Source: Firmicutes bacterium CAG:582
GTDB lineage: Bacteria > Bacillota_I > Bacilli_A > RF39 > UBA660
Direction of reading: 5' to 3'
DNA: 64,000 nt
Assembly (NCBI GenBank): GCA_000435515.1
Contig: FR884179.1
Span: 2,780-66,779 of the forward strand
This document shows positions 34,662-44,861 of this stretch, in pieces. The notes beneath the pieces were generated by a model. It worked only from the letters and a program-made list of their open reading frames with translations. It ran no database searches and was not told where the DNA came from. How positions within the stretch are numbered: position 1 is the stretch's first letter; each line of letters opens with the position of its first letter. The position numbers were made by a program, and so were the translations under genes.

Positions 34662-36432
34662 TGTCGTCTACTCCATTATCAACTACTTCTTCAGAAATTT
34701 TTATTGTTAAAGTTTGACCATTTACAACGGCATCATCAGCTTTTTGACTTTGTTCAAAAATTGTTCCAGCCGGATATTCATCAGTTTCTACATATGAAGT
34801 TGTAAGTTTAACTCCATATTTTGTACACCATTCTTCAATTTGTTTCAAAGAATATGTTCCTTTAGTAAAATCTGGATAAGTTGTTGACATATCAGAAATA
34901 TAAAGAATAATTGTATCTCCTTCAACAAGCTTAGCACCAGCAGCAGGTTCAGTTTTTAATATTTCTTCACTAGTATGATTTCCTTTATCCTCAATTTTTT
35001 CAACTTTAACAAATAAATTATACATTTTTTCTAAGACAGCTTTTTCTTCAATATAATTTTTACCAGTTAAATCCTCCAATGTATATGCATTTTCACCACT
35101 TGAGATATAAATAGTAACTGATGCACCCTTTTTTCTAGTGCTTCCTTTTGATGGATATGTTTTAGTAACATTACCTTCTTTTATTGTAGAAGAAGATTCA
35201 CTCTTTTGTTCATCCGATATCGTAAATCCGGCACTTATAAGTTTACTTTCGGCATCCTCTACACTTAAACCTGTAACATCAGGAACTTTAATATCTTTTA
35301 CAGCTGTTATTCTAGGTATTAAAAATACTAAAGTAGTTACAATAAGTATTAATCCTGTAAATATAATTGCTAAGATAAGCAAAAATTTATTTTCCTTTTT
35401 TCTTAAATCTTTTTCAGTAATCTTTTTAGCTTTTATCTCGACATCTTCTTTCTTCTCTTCAATTTTTTCTTTATCTTTTTCAATTTCTTTTTTTGTTTGT
35501 TTCTTTTCTTGAGGCACTTCACTAGAAGGTACCTTCTTCTTTATTATATCCGCATCATCTTCAGGATATTCAAAAACATATTTTGGTTCATTTATTCTCG
35601 AATCATCCAAAGCCGTTTTTAAATCATCATGCATTTCTTTAGCATCTTGATAACGGTTTTTAACATTTTTAGCTGTTGCCTTCATAATGATGTTATCTAT
35701 CGATTGAGGTGTATTTGGTAAAAGTTCTCTTACCGATGGAACACTTTCTTTGATGTGTTTTAATGCTATTTCAACTGCATTATCGCCTTTAAATGGTAGA
35801 GTTCCTGTTAAAAGTTCATACATCAAAATACCCATTGAATAAACATCACTTTGAATTGTTGCTCCCTTACCACTTGCTTGTTCTGGTGGTAAATAATGAA
35901 CACTTCCCATAACGGAATTAGTTTGAGTAAGTTGAGTTGAATTAAGTGCCATTGCAATACCAAAGTCCGTAATCTTAATCAAACCATTTTCCAAAATCAT
36001 AATATTTTGAGGTTTAATATCACGATGTATTATATAAGAATCGTGTGCAGCACTCATACCATCAGTAACTTGAAGCATGATATCAACAACTTCAGTTAAA
36101 GTCAAACTTCCTCGTTTTTTTAGAAGCTGTTTCAAATGTTTTCCATCAATATATTCCATGACAATATAATATGAACCATTATCTTCACCAACATCATAAA
36201 CTTCGACAATATTTGGATGAGATAAACTGGATGCTGATAAAGCTTCTCTTTGAAATCTTCTAACAAACTTCTCATCTGTTGCTAAGTCTCCTCTTAAAAC
36301 TTTAACTGCAACATTTCTATCAAGAATAGTATCATATGCAAGATAAACATTGGCCATACCACCTTCACCAATTGTTTTGATGATTTGGTATCGGTCGTTT
36401 ATCTTTTGACCCTTCATTATCATACTACACAT
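34654..36432 (-). CDS. prkC: PASTA-domain Ser/Thr protein kinase
   Basis: Hanks kinase motifs GEGGMANVY, VAVK, HRDIKPQN and DFGIA. One TM, then PASTA repeats. The start codon is ambiguous (ATG cluster overlapping the prpC stop). Confidence 0.9.
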   Translation of the reverse strand: MCSMIMKGQKINDRYQIIKTIGEGGMANVYLAYDTILDRNVAVKVLRGDLATDEKFVRRFQREALSASSLSHPNIVEVYDVGEDNGSYYIVMEYIDGKHLKQLLKKRGSLTLTEVVDIMLQVTDGMSAAHDSYIIHRDIKPQNIMILENGLIKITDFGIAMALNSTQLTQTNSVMGSVHYLPPEQASGKGATIQSDVYSMGILMYELLTGTLPFKGDNAVEIALKHIKESVPSVRELLPNTPQSIDNIIMKATAKNVKNRYQDAKEMHDDLKTALDDSRINEPKYVFEYPEDDADIIKKKVPSSEVPQEKKQTKKEIEKDKEKIEEKKEDVEIKAKKITEKDLRKKENKFLLILAIIFTGLILIVTTLVFLIPRITAVKDIKVPDVTGLSVEDAESKLISAGFTISDEQKSESSSTIKEGNVTKTYPSKGSTRKKGASVTIYISSGENAYTLEDLTGKNYIEEKAVLEKMYNLFVKVEKIEDKGNHTSEEILKTEPAAGAKLVEGDTIILYISDMSTTYPDFTKGTYSLKQIEEWCTKYGVKLTTSYVETDEYPAGTIFEQSQKADDAVVNGQTLTIKISEEVVDNGVDDIE

Positions 36433-37174
36433 CCCCGCTTCTATCTTCTTTTACTAAATAAGCTATTGAAATGTTATCTTGTCCACCACGAACATTGCAT
36501 TTTTTAACTAACTTAATAAGTTTATCTTCAACACTTATATCTTCTTCATTTAAAACTTTTTCAATTTGTTCTTGAGTTAACATATTTGTTAAGCCATCGC
36601 TTGAAAGCATTATAGCATCAACATCAGTTTCAACCTCAAATATATCGAACTCACATGTATCAGCAGCTCCCAAAGCACGCATTAAAACATTTCTCTTTGG
36701 ATGATTTTTAGCTTCTCTTTCAGACAAATCACCAGTTTCAACTAAAAAATTAACTAGTGTATGATCATTCGTAATCTTTTTTAATTTACCATTTTTAAAT
36801 ACAAAACCACTTGAATCCCCTATATTAACAAACATCAAGAAATCCTTAGTTAAAAGAGCCATAACACATGTAGTTCCAAGTCCCATTGCTTCAGGATGTT
36901 CATCACTATATTTTAAAATACTAGCATTAACTTCATTTAAGTTTTCTCTTATCCAGTTAACAGCATCAATTTTTGTACCTATAGTTGACAAAGATTGAAA
37001 ACGAGAACCGATTTGAGTTACCACCATACTTGATGCAATTTCACCAGCTCTGTGTCCTCCCATACCATCAGCAACAATCATCAAATGTTCACTTGAAGAA
37101 TTCTTAACAATGGTAACTGAGTCTTCATTATGACTTCTAACTCTTCCTGAATCAGTTATATAAAATGATTTCAT
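36425..37174 (-). CDS. prpC: PP2C-family Ser/Thr phosphatase
   Basis: ...NEDS...VADGMGGHRAGE...SSDGL...GGQDNIS, the PP2C motifs. Confidence 0.9.
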   Translation of the reverse strand: MKSFYITDSGRVRSHNEDSVTIVKNSSSEHLMIVADGMGGHRAGEIASSMVVTQIGSRFQSLSTIGTKIDAVNWIRENLNEVNASILKYSDEHPEAMGLGTTCVMALLTKDFLMFVNIGDSSGFVFKNGKLKKITNDHTLVNFLVETGDLSEREAKNHPKRNVLMRALGAADTCEFDIFEVETDVDAIMLSSDGLTNMLTQEQIEKVLNEEDISVEDKLIKLVKKCNVRGGQDNISIAYLVKEDRSGDV

Positions 37175-38193
37175 CTTTCCACCTCATTTGCTCTAAGTTG
37201 CCCACAGGCAGCATCTATATTTCCACCAAACTCTCGTCTAACCGTTACATTTATTCCACGACGTTTTAAAGTATCATAGAATTTCATAACTCGATCATTT
37301 GGAGATTTTTTATACTCTATATGACTAGTTTCATTATAAGGAATTAAATTAACATAAACGTTCATTCCTCTAAGTAAATCTGCAAGTTCATTTGCATTTT
37401 CTTCACTATCATTTACCATACTAAGCATAACATATTCTATAGTAACTCGTCTATTAGTTTTTTCAATATATTCATTTATAGCAGCAATTAATTCACTTAT
37501 ATTATAAGCTTTATTTACTTTCATAATTTTATTTCTAAGTTCATCATTAGGTGCATGTAAACTTATTGCTAAATTAGTTTGCAAATCTTCCTCTGCATAT
37601 CTTTTTATCATTGGTACAAGTCCACTTGTTGAAACTGTAATATGTCTTGCTCCAATCGCGATTCCAAATGGTGAATTAATTATTCTTATGAAGTCCATTA
37701 TATTATCATAATTATCAAAAGGTTCGCCTATTCCCATTACCACTACACTAGAAATACGCATGCCCACATCTTCTTCAATCATAAGAATTTGTCTTACAAT
37801 TTCTCCAGGTAATAAATCTCTTACTTTTTTTAAACGTCCAGATTCACAAAAAGAACATCCCATATTGCATCCAATTTGACTTGATACACATACACTCAAT
37901 CCATAATCATGTCTCATAAGAACACTTTCAATTAAATTACCATCATCTAATTCAAATAGATATTTATTAGTTTCTTTACTTGTTTGACGTCTTACAAGTT
38001 TTAACATTGAAATATCAAAATCTTTTTTCAATTGTTCTCTTAATTCAAGTTTTATATTACTCATTTTATCAAAATCAAAAACACGTTTTTTATATATCCA
38101 ATCATAAATTTGTTTTGAAACAAATTTAGAATATCCATTATCTTCTAAATATGATGTTAAGTCTTCTAATTTAAAATCAAAAATACTTTTCAC
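37171..38193 (-). CDS. rlmN: 23S rRNA (adenine2503-C2)-methyltransferase, radical SAM
   Basis: CNMGCSFCESG radical-SAM cluster. C-terminal ...DAACGQL. Conserved rlmN-prpC-prkC-rsgA-rpe order, as in Bacillus. Confidence 0.9.
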   Translation of the reverse strand: MKSIFDFKLEDLTSYLEDNGYSKFVSKQIYDWIYKKRVFDFDKMSNIKLELREQLKKDFDISMLKLVRRQTSKETNKYLFELDDGNLIESVLMRHDYGLSVCVSSQIGCNMGCSFCESGRLKKVRDLLPGEIVRQILMIEEDVGMRISSVVVMGIGEPFDNYDNIMDFIRIINSPFGIAIGARHITVSTSGLVPMIKRYAEEDLQTNLAISLHAPNDELRNKIMKVNKAYNISELIAAINEYIEKTNRRVTIEYVMLSMVNDSEENANELADLLRGMNVYVNLIPYNETSHIEYKKSPNDRVMKFYDTLKRRGINVTVRREFGGNIDAACGQLRANEVER

Positions 38194-38403
38194 ACATTCA
38201 CCTCATATCCTATAGAAATTATATCAAAAAACAAATAAAAATAATAGAATTAACTATATCAGTTTTAAAATTTAAATATAAACGCCCTTATTTATAAAAT
38301 TATAATTCTATATAAAAATAGAACTCATTTTCTATTGAGTTCTCATTTAATATTAACTTTGTAAAAAAAAGTATATATCAATAAATAAAAAAACAATTAG
38401 CTA

Positions 38404-38432
38404 TTGCATATAAAACAAATGTTTGATATTTT
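38404..38432 (+). promoter_or_regulatory. sigma-A-type promoter of small-ORF module 2
   Basis: TTGCAT, 17-nt spacer, TGaTATTTT (extended -10). Predicted start ~38440, at GGAACAU as in module 1. Confidence 0.5.
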
Positions 38433-38494
38433 ATTTATAGGAACATTTAATAGTTGGGTGATTTGCCAAACTTCAAAAGAAGGGAGGCGATATT

Positions 38495-38578
38495 ATGAGC
38501 AAGAAAGACTTTTTAATCTTATCTTTAATCATTATTATCTTCCTATTAGTATCTTTGTTATACATAGTACTAATATAG
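38495..38578 (+). CDS. 27-aa hydrophobic peptide, candidate type I toxin (module 2)
   Basis: GGGAGG at 38482-38487, 7-nt spacer, then ATG. Translation: MSKKDFLILSLIIIIFLLVSLLYIVLI, stop TAG at 38576-38578. Different frame from track ORF 38404..38598. Confidence 0.55.
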   Translation: MSKKDFLILSLIIIIFLLVSLLYIVLI

Positions 38579-38581
38579 AAA

Positions 38582-38669
38582 TAAAAAAAATCACCTAACT
38601 CAGCAATGATTTAGGTGATTGCTAAAATATTACTAGGCAACACTCAACATGCGAATATTAAATGTTCCT
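38582..38669 (-). ncRNA. candidate ~85-nt antisense RNA convergent with the small ORF (module 2)
   Basis: Minus-strand TACAAT at 38676-38681. Terminator AAUCACCUAA-N12-UUAGGUGAUU plus U8-9 ends near 38582. Same layout and length as module 1. Confidence 0.45.
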
Positions 38670-38714
38670 CTTTTTATTGTATGCAAGTCTTTCTTGCTAA
38701 ATACATTTTACCAT

Positions 38715-38756
38715 AAAAAAAGTATTCATACAAGTTCAACGAATACTCTTTTTTTT
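38715..38756. terminator. bidirectional terminator after the AI-2E transporter gene
   Basis: AGUAUUC-N13-GAAUACU, flanked by A7 and U8 runs. Confidence 0.6.
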
Positions 38757-38760
38757 ACTT

Positions 38761-39978
38761 TTAATCTTTTTGCTTTTTACTTGGTTTAACGATTTTATCA
38801 AGCGTATAAGCTTCTGTTTCTACTGGTAACTTTTTATTCTTAAGTCTTTGATTTACTAAATCAATTACAAGTTCATATATAATCGTAAAACATGGAACTG
38901 CGATTAATAAACCAACAAGGCCAAATAATCCTCCAAATAAAGTAATTGCAAATAATACCCAAAATGATGGAAGTCCAGTTGCTTGTCTTTGAATAGCAGG
39001 CGTTACAAAATTTCCATCAATTTGTTGCAGTACAACAATGAATAAAACAAAAGTGATTGCTTTAACTGGAGAAATCATACAAATAAGCAAAGCTGATGGT
39101 ATAGTTCCAATATATGGTCCAAAATAAGGAATTAAATCAGTTAAACCCACTAAAGTAGCTATTAAAAGTGCATATGGATATTTACAAATAAGCAAGAATA
39201 AAAGTGTACAAGTAAATACAAATCCAAATGAGTCACATATCTTACCAATCATGAATTGACAGAATACATGATTAACATGTTTTACTTCATCAATAAAGGC
39301 ATCAACATGTTTTATATCAAAGAAAGAATATAAAGTTTTTCTAATTCCTGCTCCAAAGTTTTTAGTATTAGCTAAGATATAAACAGCAAATACTCCACCA
39401 ATTGCAAAGTTAAATATAAATGTTAAGAAGCCAAATACCCCACTTCTAACTTTATCTAAAGCCGATTGAGTTAATGGAGATATAACTGTATTTATTGCAT
39501 TCATTAAAGATTTAGAAATTTCATTATACTTTTCTAAAATATCAGCAGACAATTCTTTATTATTTGAAAGCCATCCAGTTATTGCACTCTCTAAATCTTT
39601 TAAATAATCCGGAACATTAACTAAAAGAGATTGAATACTCGTTAATAATTGAGGAATAATGATACTTATTAAAGCAACTAATAAACCAATAATAATAACA
39701 AATGTACATAGAATACTTAAATTTCTCTTGGTCTTTTCTTTTTCAATTTTATTAAACACTTTATTTTCAAATAAATTAACTATTGGATGCATTATATAAG
39801 CAAGCACTAAACCATATATCAAAGGCATCATTATATTTAAAATATTTTTAATAAAGTCAAATATTACTCCAATATTATAAATTATAAAAGAAAATAATAT
39901 TCCCGCAGCAATTACTAAAAAAGCAGTCACGCCAATTTGTACTACTTTATTATCAAATAGTTTTTTCACATTTATCAC
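38761..39978 (-). CDS. AI-2E family transporter (PerM/YtvI-like membrane protein)
   Basis: 405 aa, ~8 TM. ...GLTDLIPYFGPYIGTIPSAL... is typical of the AI-2E family. Confidence 0.75.
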   Translation of the reverse strand: MINVKKLFDNKVVQIGVTAFLVIAAGILFSFIIYNIGVIFDFIKNILNIMMPLIYGLVLAYIMHPIVNLFENKVFNKIEKEKTKRNLSILCTFVIIIGLLVALISIIIPQLLTSIQSLLVNVPDYLKDLESAITGWLSNNKELSADILEKYNEISKSLMNAINTVISPLTQSALDKVRSGVFGFLTFIFNFAIGGVFAVYILANTKNFGAGIRKTLYSFFDIKHVDAFIDEVKHVNHVFCQFMIGKICDSFGFVFTCTLLFLLICKYPYALLIATLVGLTDLIPYFGPYIGTIPSALLICMISPVKAITFVLFIVVLQQIDGNFVTPAIQRQATGLPSFWVLFAITLFGGLFGLVGLLIAVPCFTIIYELVIDLVNQRLKNKKLPVETEAYTLDKIVKPSKKQKD

Positions 39979-40021
39979 CTATAACAATTATAAAGAAAAA
40001 TTACTTTTTTGTAAACAAAAG

Positions 40022-41455
40022 TTAGTTCTTTCCAAGATAATCTTTAATTGTTTTCTTTAATATATTAATATTTGTTTCTGATATATCAATAAGAGTAATT
40101 ATATCACTTCTTAGTTCTTCATCGTTTTCTATCTGAGCCACCAAACCCGATAAGCCATAATTTTTTAGATTCAATAAAGCTTTGGGAAATATTTTTATGG
40201 AATTTAAAGATGCTTTTGCCGTTACTTTTATTTGACTTTTAATAACATATTCTAAAATGATTTCTTTCAACAATGCATCACAACTTACATAGTTTTGAGT
40301 AAATTTACCTACTCCATTTAAACAAACAAAAGCTTTTGCCATATCAAACAAGAATTCCGGTGGATCAAGTTCATACTTAGTAAATATCATAACCATATCC
40401 ATAAAATAATTAGTTACTTCTCTACCACGTAAGTTATCACAGTAAGTTTTAACTTCATCTTTTAACCTTTTCTTTTGCTTTTCGCTTAACGTACCATAAC
40501 GTGTTATTATAGAAAATATTTTTTCAAAATCACTTGTATAAGCTGCAAAGAAAAATTCTTTACAAAATTCAATTTCTTCTTTGCCTAAAGAAAACAACAA
40601 TCCCATATCTAAAAAATAAATATTACCAAAACTATCAACACATAGATTTCCACTATGAGGATCTCCATGAAAAATTACATTATCATTTTCTAAAAGAGAA
40701 TTAAAACTTAGTTTCAAATAACTATTTATAGCCGTTTTTATTAATTCTTTATTTTCTTTTGTTAAAGGAAGCTGATTGATAGTTTTATGAGGAATATAAT
40801 CCATTACAATAACATCACTTGATGATAATTCTTCATATACCTTTGGTATACATATTTTAGTTGTGTTAGCTACACTTCCATTTACCTTTTCTGAAAATTC
40901 ACCATATATTTTTATATTATTTATTTCATTATCAAAATTTGTCTCTTCGCTTATCCATTTTAAATATAAATTTAAGGCATGTTCTCCTCCAAAGAAATTT
41001 TTAAAATTGATAAACCTTCCAAATCTATGCATAAGTTTTTCTAATTTTTCAACATCTTTTACAATATTTTTTTCAACATCTTTTCTTTTAACCTTTATAG
41101 CAACATCTTTTCCGTTTTTAAGTTTAGCTTTATATACTTGAGAGATTGAAGCTGATCCAATCGGTGTTTCATCAATAGACAGAAATAAATCACGATAATT
41201 TTCCCCATAAGTACTTATCAAAGTATCTTCAACAATTTTAAATTCAACAGGTTCAATATCGTCACATATACTCGATAAAGCAACTCTATCACTTTCACTA
41301 AAATAATTTTGAAATTCATGTGTTGCTAACATTTGAGCAAGCTTTATATAAACAACACCCATATTAGTTGCAAAATCGCGAATCACTTCTCCATTTGATT
41401 TTCTTAACACTATTTTTTTCACTACAGCACGAAGTACTTCAAAATATAATTTCAT
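40022..41455 (-). CDS. ABC1/UbiB (AarF) atypical kinase family protein
   Basis: ...IGSASISQVYKAKLKNGKDVAIKVKR... and HGDPHSGNL...LDMG, the ABC1 kinase motifs. Confidence 0.8.
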   Translation of the reverse strand: MKLYFEVLRAVVKKIVLRKSNGEVIRDFATNMGVVYIKLAQMLATHEFQNYFSESDRVALSSICDDIEPVEFKIVEDTLISTYGENYRDLFLSIDETPIGSASISQVYKAKLKNGKDVAIKVKRKDVEKNIVKDVEKLEKLMHRFGRFINFKNFFGGEHALNLYLKWISEETNFDNEINNIKIYGEFSEKVNGSVANTTKICIPKVYEELSSSDVIVMDYIPHKTINQLPLTKENKELIKTAINSYLKLSFNSLLENDNVIFHGDPHSGNLCVDSFGNIYFLDMGLLFSLGKEEIEFCKEFFFAAYTSDFEKIFSIITRYGTLSEKQKKRLKDEVKTYCDNLRGREVTNYFMDMVMIFTKYELDPPEFLFDMAKAFVCLNGVGKFTQNYVSCDALLKEIILEYVIKSQIKVTAKASLNSIKIFPKALLNLKNYGLSGLVAQIENDEELRSDIITLIDISETNINILKKTIKDYLGKN

Positions 41456-41520
41456 AGAAAAAACTCCTTAAGAAAATATTATATATTATTTATTAACAAA
41501 AGAACATATATTTTTAACTT

Positions 41521-42927
41521 TTGGTTAAACTATTTAATGGTGATAATATGGACTATATAAAAAAGATAAATGAAGATTATAAAAACGTGACCGATTTAAA
41601 TATCAAAAAAATAAAAAATATCTATATTATCTATCTTGAATCTATTATTGATCAAAACAAAATAAACGATTATATTTTAAAAATCATACCTAAAAGTCAT
41701 ATACCTAGAGATATAAAAGAATTAATTCCAAGTCCTAATATAAAAGATGTTCCTGACTATGATACTTTATCCCTTTATTTGGAATCCGGTTTTACTATTA
41801 TTATAAATAGACATCAAATAATCGCGGTAGAAACAAGAGGAAACTTAGCACGTTCAATCGATACTCCAACTACTGAAAGTACAATATATGGTCCAAAAGA
41901 AGCTTTTGTTGAAAATTATCAAGTTAACTTAGGTTTAATCAAACGTCGAATAAAATCTAAACATTTAAAAAATAAAGATATCTTTATCGGAAGATATACA
42001 AAAAATACCGCAAGTGTTCTTTATATAGAAACAATTGCTGAAGAAAAGATATACAATGACGTTATTGAAAAATTAGAAGCCATTGATCGAGATGGAGTCA
42101 ATGATGTAACTCAGTTAAAAAAATATTTAGGTGATAAAACAAAAAACGCCTTTCCCGCTTTTAAAGTAACTGAAAGACCTGATGTTGTTGCCGCATCTTT
42201 ATTAGAAGGAAAAATAGTTGTTATTCTTGATAACTCTTCCAATGCTTTAATTTTGCCTTCATTTTTAGCCGATTTTATAAATCCAATTGCTGATCATTAT
42301 GAAAAAGCCATAAATATTAACTTTTTAAAAATATTACGTTTTCTTTGTTTCTTTTTAGCTATCTTAACACCAGCTATATATGTCGCTATAACAACATACA
42401 ATCAAGAAACTATACCAACAACCATACTTATCAATTTTCAAGAGCAACGCAGTAAGGTTCCATTTCCAGCTGTAATTGAATGTTTTATCACACTTATCAT
42501 ATGTGAAATTTTAAGAGAAAGTGATATTCGTTTTCCATCAAGTTATGGTTCTGCCACTTCTATTTTAGGAGCTCTTGTTTTAGGCGAAGCAGCTGTATCT
42601 GCAGGTATTGTTTCACCTATAATGATTATTATTGTTGCTATAACTTTTATTTCAAGTTTAATATTTACTGATCTTGAAATAATAAATTCTATAAGACATT
42701 GGAGATTTTTATTCTTATTTGTCGCAGCTATATATGGTCTTTTTGGAATAGGTATTTGTTTTATTGCATTAATTACTTCATTAACTAGTCAAGAAGTGTT
42801 TAATAAACCTTATTTTTATCCCCTATCACCATTTGATCTTACTTATATAAAACAAACCTTATTTAAAATGAAAACAAAGAAACGAAGCAAGTTATTAAGC
42901 AAAAATAGATATAAGGAGGCACCATGA
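41521..42927 (+). CDS. spore germination receptor, GerA-family A subunit
   Basis: GerA-family core ...ESTIYGPKEAFVENYQVNLGLIKRRIK... and C-terminal TM helices. The true start may be the ATG at 41548 (MDYIKK). Confidence 0.85.
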   Translation: MVKLFNGDNMDYIKKINEDYKNVTDLNIKKIKNIYIIYLESIIDQNKINDYILKIIPKSHIPRDIKELIPSPNIKDVPDYDTLSLYLESGFTIIINRHQIIAVETRGNLARSIDTPTTESTIYGPKEAFVENYQVNLGLIKRRIKSKHLKNKDIFIGRYTKNTASVLYIETIAEEKIYNDVIEKLEAIDRDGVNDVTQLKKYLGDKTKNAFPAFKVTERPDVVAASLLEGKIVVILDNSSNALILPSFLADFINPIADHYEKAININFLKILRFLCFFLAILTPAIYVAITTYNQETIPTTILINFQEQRSKVPFPAVIECFITLIICEILRESDIRFPSSYGSATSILGALVLGEAAVSAGIVSPIMIIIVAITFISSLIFTDLEIINSIRHWRFLFLFVAAIYGLFGIGICFIALITSLTSQEVFNKPYFYPLSPFDLTYIKQTLFKMKTKKRSKLLSKNRYKEAP

Positions 42928-43889
42928 AAAAACTAATTATTTTAATTCTAAGTATATTTTTTTTAACAGGATGTGCAAATTATCATGAACTAAATGATCT
43001 TGGAATTGTTTCCTCTATATTAGTAGACTATAAAGACAATCTTTTTTATACAACAATTGAAGTTATTGATGAAGAAGAATTTAAGACCTACTCTGGAATT
43101 GGAAATTCTTTAACAAATGCTTTAAATAACACTTTAATTGGTTCAAGCAAATATCTTTATTATGCTCATTTAAATGCTCTTATTTTAACAAACAATGTAC
43201 CAATTGAAACTACATTAGATTATTTTTTAAGAAGTCCTGAAACCAACAATACATTCTATCTTTGTATTACTGAAAAAACAGATATATATGATCAAGATAA
43301 AAATATGGGAGAAACATTAAAAAACATTTTAGAAAGAGTTTATAAAGATAACTTCTTTGATACAATAAAAAAACTAAAAGATAAAAACACTGACTTTGTA
43401 TTACCAATATTAGATGAAGACCTAAAAGTCAGTAAATTAAATCTATATAAAGGTAATAAAATGGTTACAACTCTAAATAATAATGAACTTAATACTTTAA
43501 AGTTGCTTTTTGGCTATGAAGAACTTTATATAAAAAATGGTAAAGATGATTACATTGAATTAAGTGTAAATAAAATTGATAAGAAAATTGATATAAAAGA
43601 AAAAATAAAAATAAGTTTAGATTTAGAAACAACAGTAAGGCAAATTACAACTGGCGAAGAAGCAAATAATATAAAAGACGTAAAAAAAATACAGAAAAGA
43701 TATAATAAAGAAATAGAAAATAATATTTATGAATTAATAGATAAATTAAAAACCTATCAAGTAGATGTTTTAGGAATAAACAATATGTTATTAAACAAAT
43801 TTCATAATATGGACAAACATTTCTATGATTATGATTTTGATATTGAAGTAAATACTCATATTAATAAGAAAGGACTTCTAATAAAATGA
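42924..43889 (+). CDS. spore germination receptor C subunit lipoprotein (Ger(x)C family)
   Basis: Lipobox FLTGCANYHELNDLGIV, typical of the GerAC/GerKC N-terminus. Overlaps both neighbours by 4 nt. Confidence 0.8.
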   Translation: MKKLIILILSIFFLTGCANYHELNDLGIVSSILVDYKDNLFYTTIEVIDEEEFKTYSGIGNSLTNALNNTLIGSSKYLYYAHLNALILTNNVPIETTLDYFLRSPETNNTFYLCITEKTDIYDQDKNMGETLKNILERVYKDNFFDTIKKLKDKNTDFVLPILDEDLKVSKLNLYKGNKMVTTLNNNELNTLKLLFGYEELYIKNGKDDYIELSVNKIDKKIDIKEKIKISLDLETTVRQITTGEEANNIKDVKKIQKRYNKEIENNIYELIDKLKTYQVDVLGINNMLLNKFHNMDKHFYDYDFDIEVNTHINKKGLLIK

Positions 43890-44836
43890 AAAAAGAATGG
43901 AACATTTTAAACTTTTTCAATATGCAAGGTTTATTTCTAGCAATAGGTTTTTCTAAGATACTGATTTCTTCCAAAGAAAAATTTCTATTTTCTATTTTAA
44001 TAGGTTATATTTTAGGAATGATACTTTTATATTTTCTAGATATCAAGAAAAAAAACAATATTTTTAATATCATACTTTATTCAATAATATCCGTATATGC
44101 TTTAGTAATTCTAATTAATATGGCATCAACTATGTATTTAAATTTAATGAGTAAATCAATGATAAGCATCCCTCTTTTGCTTTTGATGCTCTATGTATTA
44201 AATAAAAAGGAAATCGTCTTATATCGTGTAAGTAATATCATGATAGTTGTAAATATATGCATTTATCTTTTTGCTTTATTTTGTTTACTTCCATATTTTG
44301 ATATCACAAACTTTGTTTATACACATACTAAACCAATGAATATTTTAACGTCTGGTTTAAACTATACAATATTATCAACATCAATTGTACTTATGACTAA
44401 AGAAAATCAAAGAAAAGATGTAAGTATTTTAAAAACTTATACACTAGCAACAATATTTTTAATTATTGATTGTGTTATGATTTATGGAATATTTTCATAT
44501 CCACTTGTAGAAGTAGTAAGATATCCCGAATATGTTTTATTAAAAAAAATATCAATCGGAGGTTTTATTCAAAACTTAGAAAACTTAATTTCATTCATAT
44601 GGCTATTCAATATTATAATAAGCTTAGTATATTTAACAAATAGTATAAAAAATTGTTTACCTAATAAAAAAATAATAAATTTAATAGTACCTATTCTTTT
44701 CATATTTGCAAGTATAGTTAATAAATATTATGTAGCAATGCTTACGATGTATAAATACGAACCATTTATATTAGGTATAACATCATTAGTATTCATCATT
44801 TTTAATTATAATTTCAAGAAAAAAAACCACAAATAA
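43886..44836 (+). CDS. spore germination receptor B subunit (GerAB/GerKB-like permease), short form
   Basis: Polytopic membrane protein in the third position of an A-C-B operon (gerK-like order). 316 aa is shorter than the usual ~360 aa. Confidence 0.65.
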   Translation: MKKEWNILNFFNMQGLFLAIGFSKILISSKEKFLFSILIGYILGMILLYFLDIKKKNNIFNIILYSIISVYALVILINMASTMYLNLMSKSMISIPLLLLMLYVLNKKEIVLYRVSNIMIVVNICIYLFALFCLLPYFDITNFVYTHTKPMNILTSGLNYTILSTSIVLMTKENQRKDVSILKTYTLATIFLIIDCVMIYGIFSYPLVEVVRYPEYVLLKKISIGGFIQNLENLISFIWLFNIIISLVYLTNSIKNCLPNKKIINLIVPILFIFASIVNKYYVAMLTMYKYEPFILGITSLVFIIFNYNFKKKNHK

Positions 44837-44861
44837 GTGGTTTTTAATTGCTAAAATTTAC
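44818..44861 (-). repeat. left copy of an imperfect direct repeat flanking fic; a perfect terminator hairpin
   Basis: GAAAAAAAACCACAAATAAGTGGTTTTTAATTGCTAAAATTTAC. The hairpin AAAACCAC/GUGGUUUU works on both strands. Homologous to 46033-46076. Confidence 0.55.

Noticed and set aside
34575-35512. Further antisense track ORFs: 34575-34805, 35138-35512, 40863-41141, 46323-46526, 51859-52080, 53612-53833, 54815-55069, 60523-60795
   Set aside because: These are also shadow ORFs opposite rsgA/prkC, the ABC1 kinase, tyrS, dnaE and other real genes. Nothing supports them beyond being open frames in AT-rich DNA.
38404-38598. 64-aa + strand ORF from the track (MHIKQMFDILF...)
   Set aside because: Same reasoning as above. 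It starts within the promoter itself, whereas GGGAGG plus ATG at 38495 opens the paralogous small ORF in a different frame.
41456-41547. Possible forespore (sigma-G/F-type) promoter upstream of the ger operon (GAACATA...GGTTAAACTA)
   Set aside because: The matches to the consensus are partial and the spacing is ambiguous. I cannot separate it from AT-rich background without expression data.
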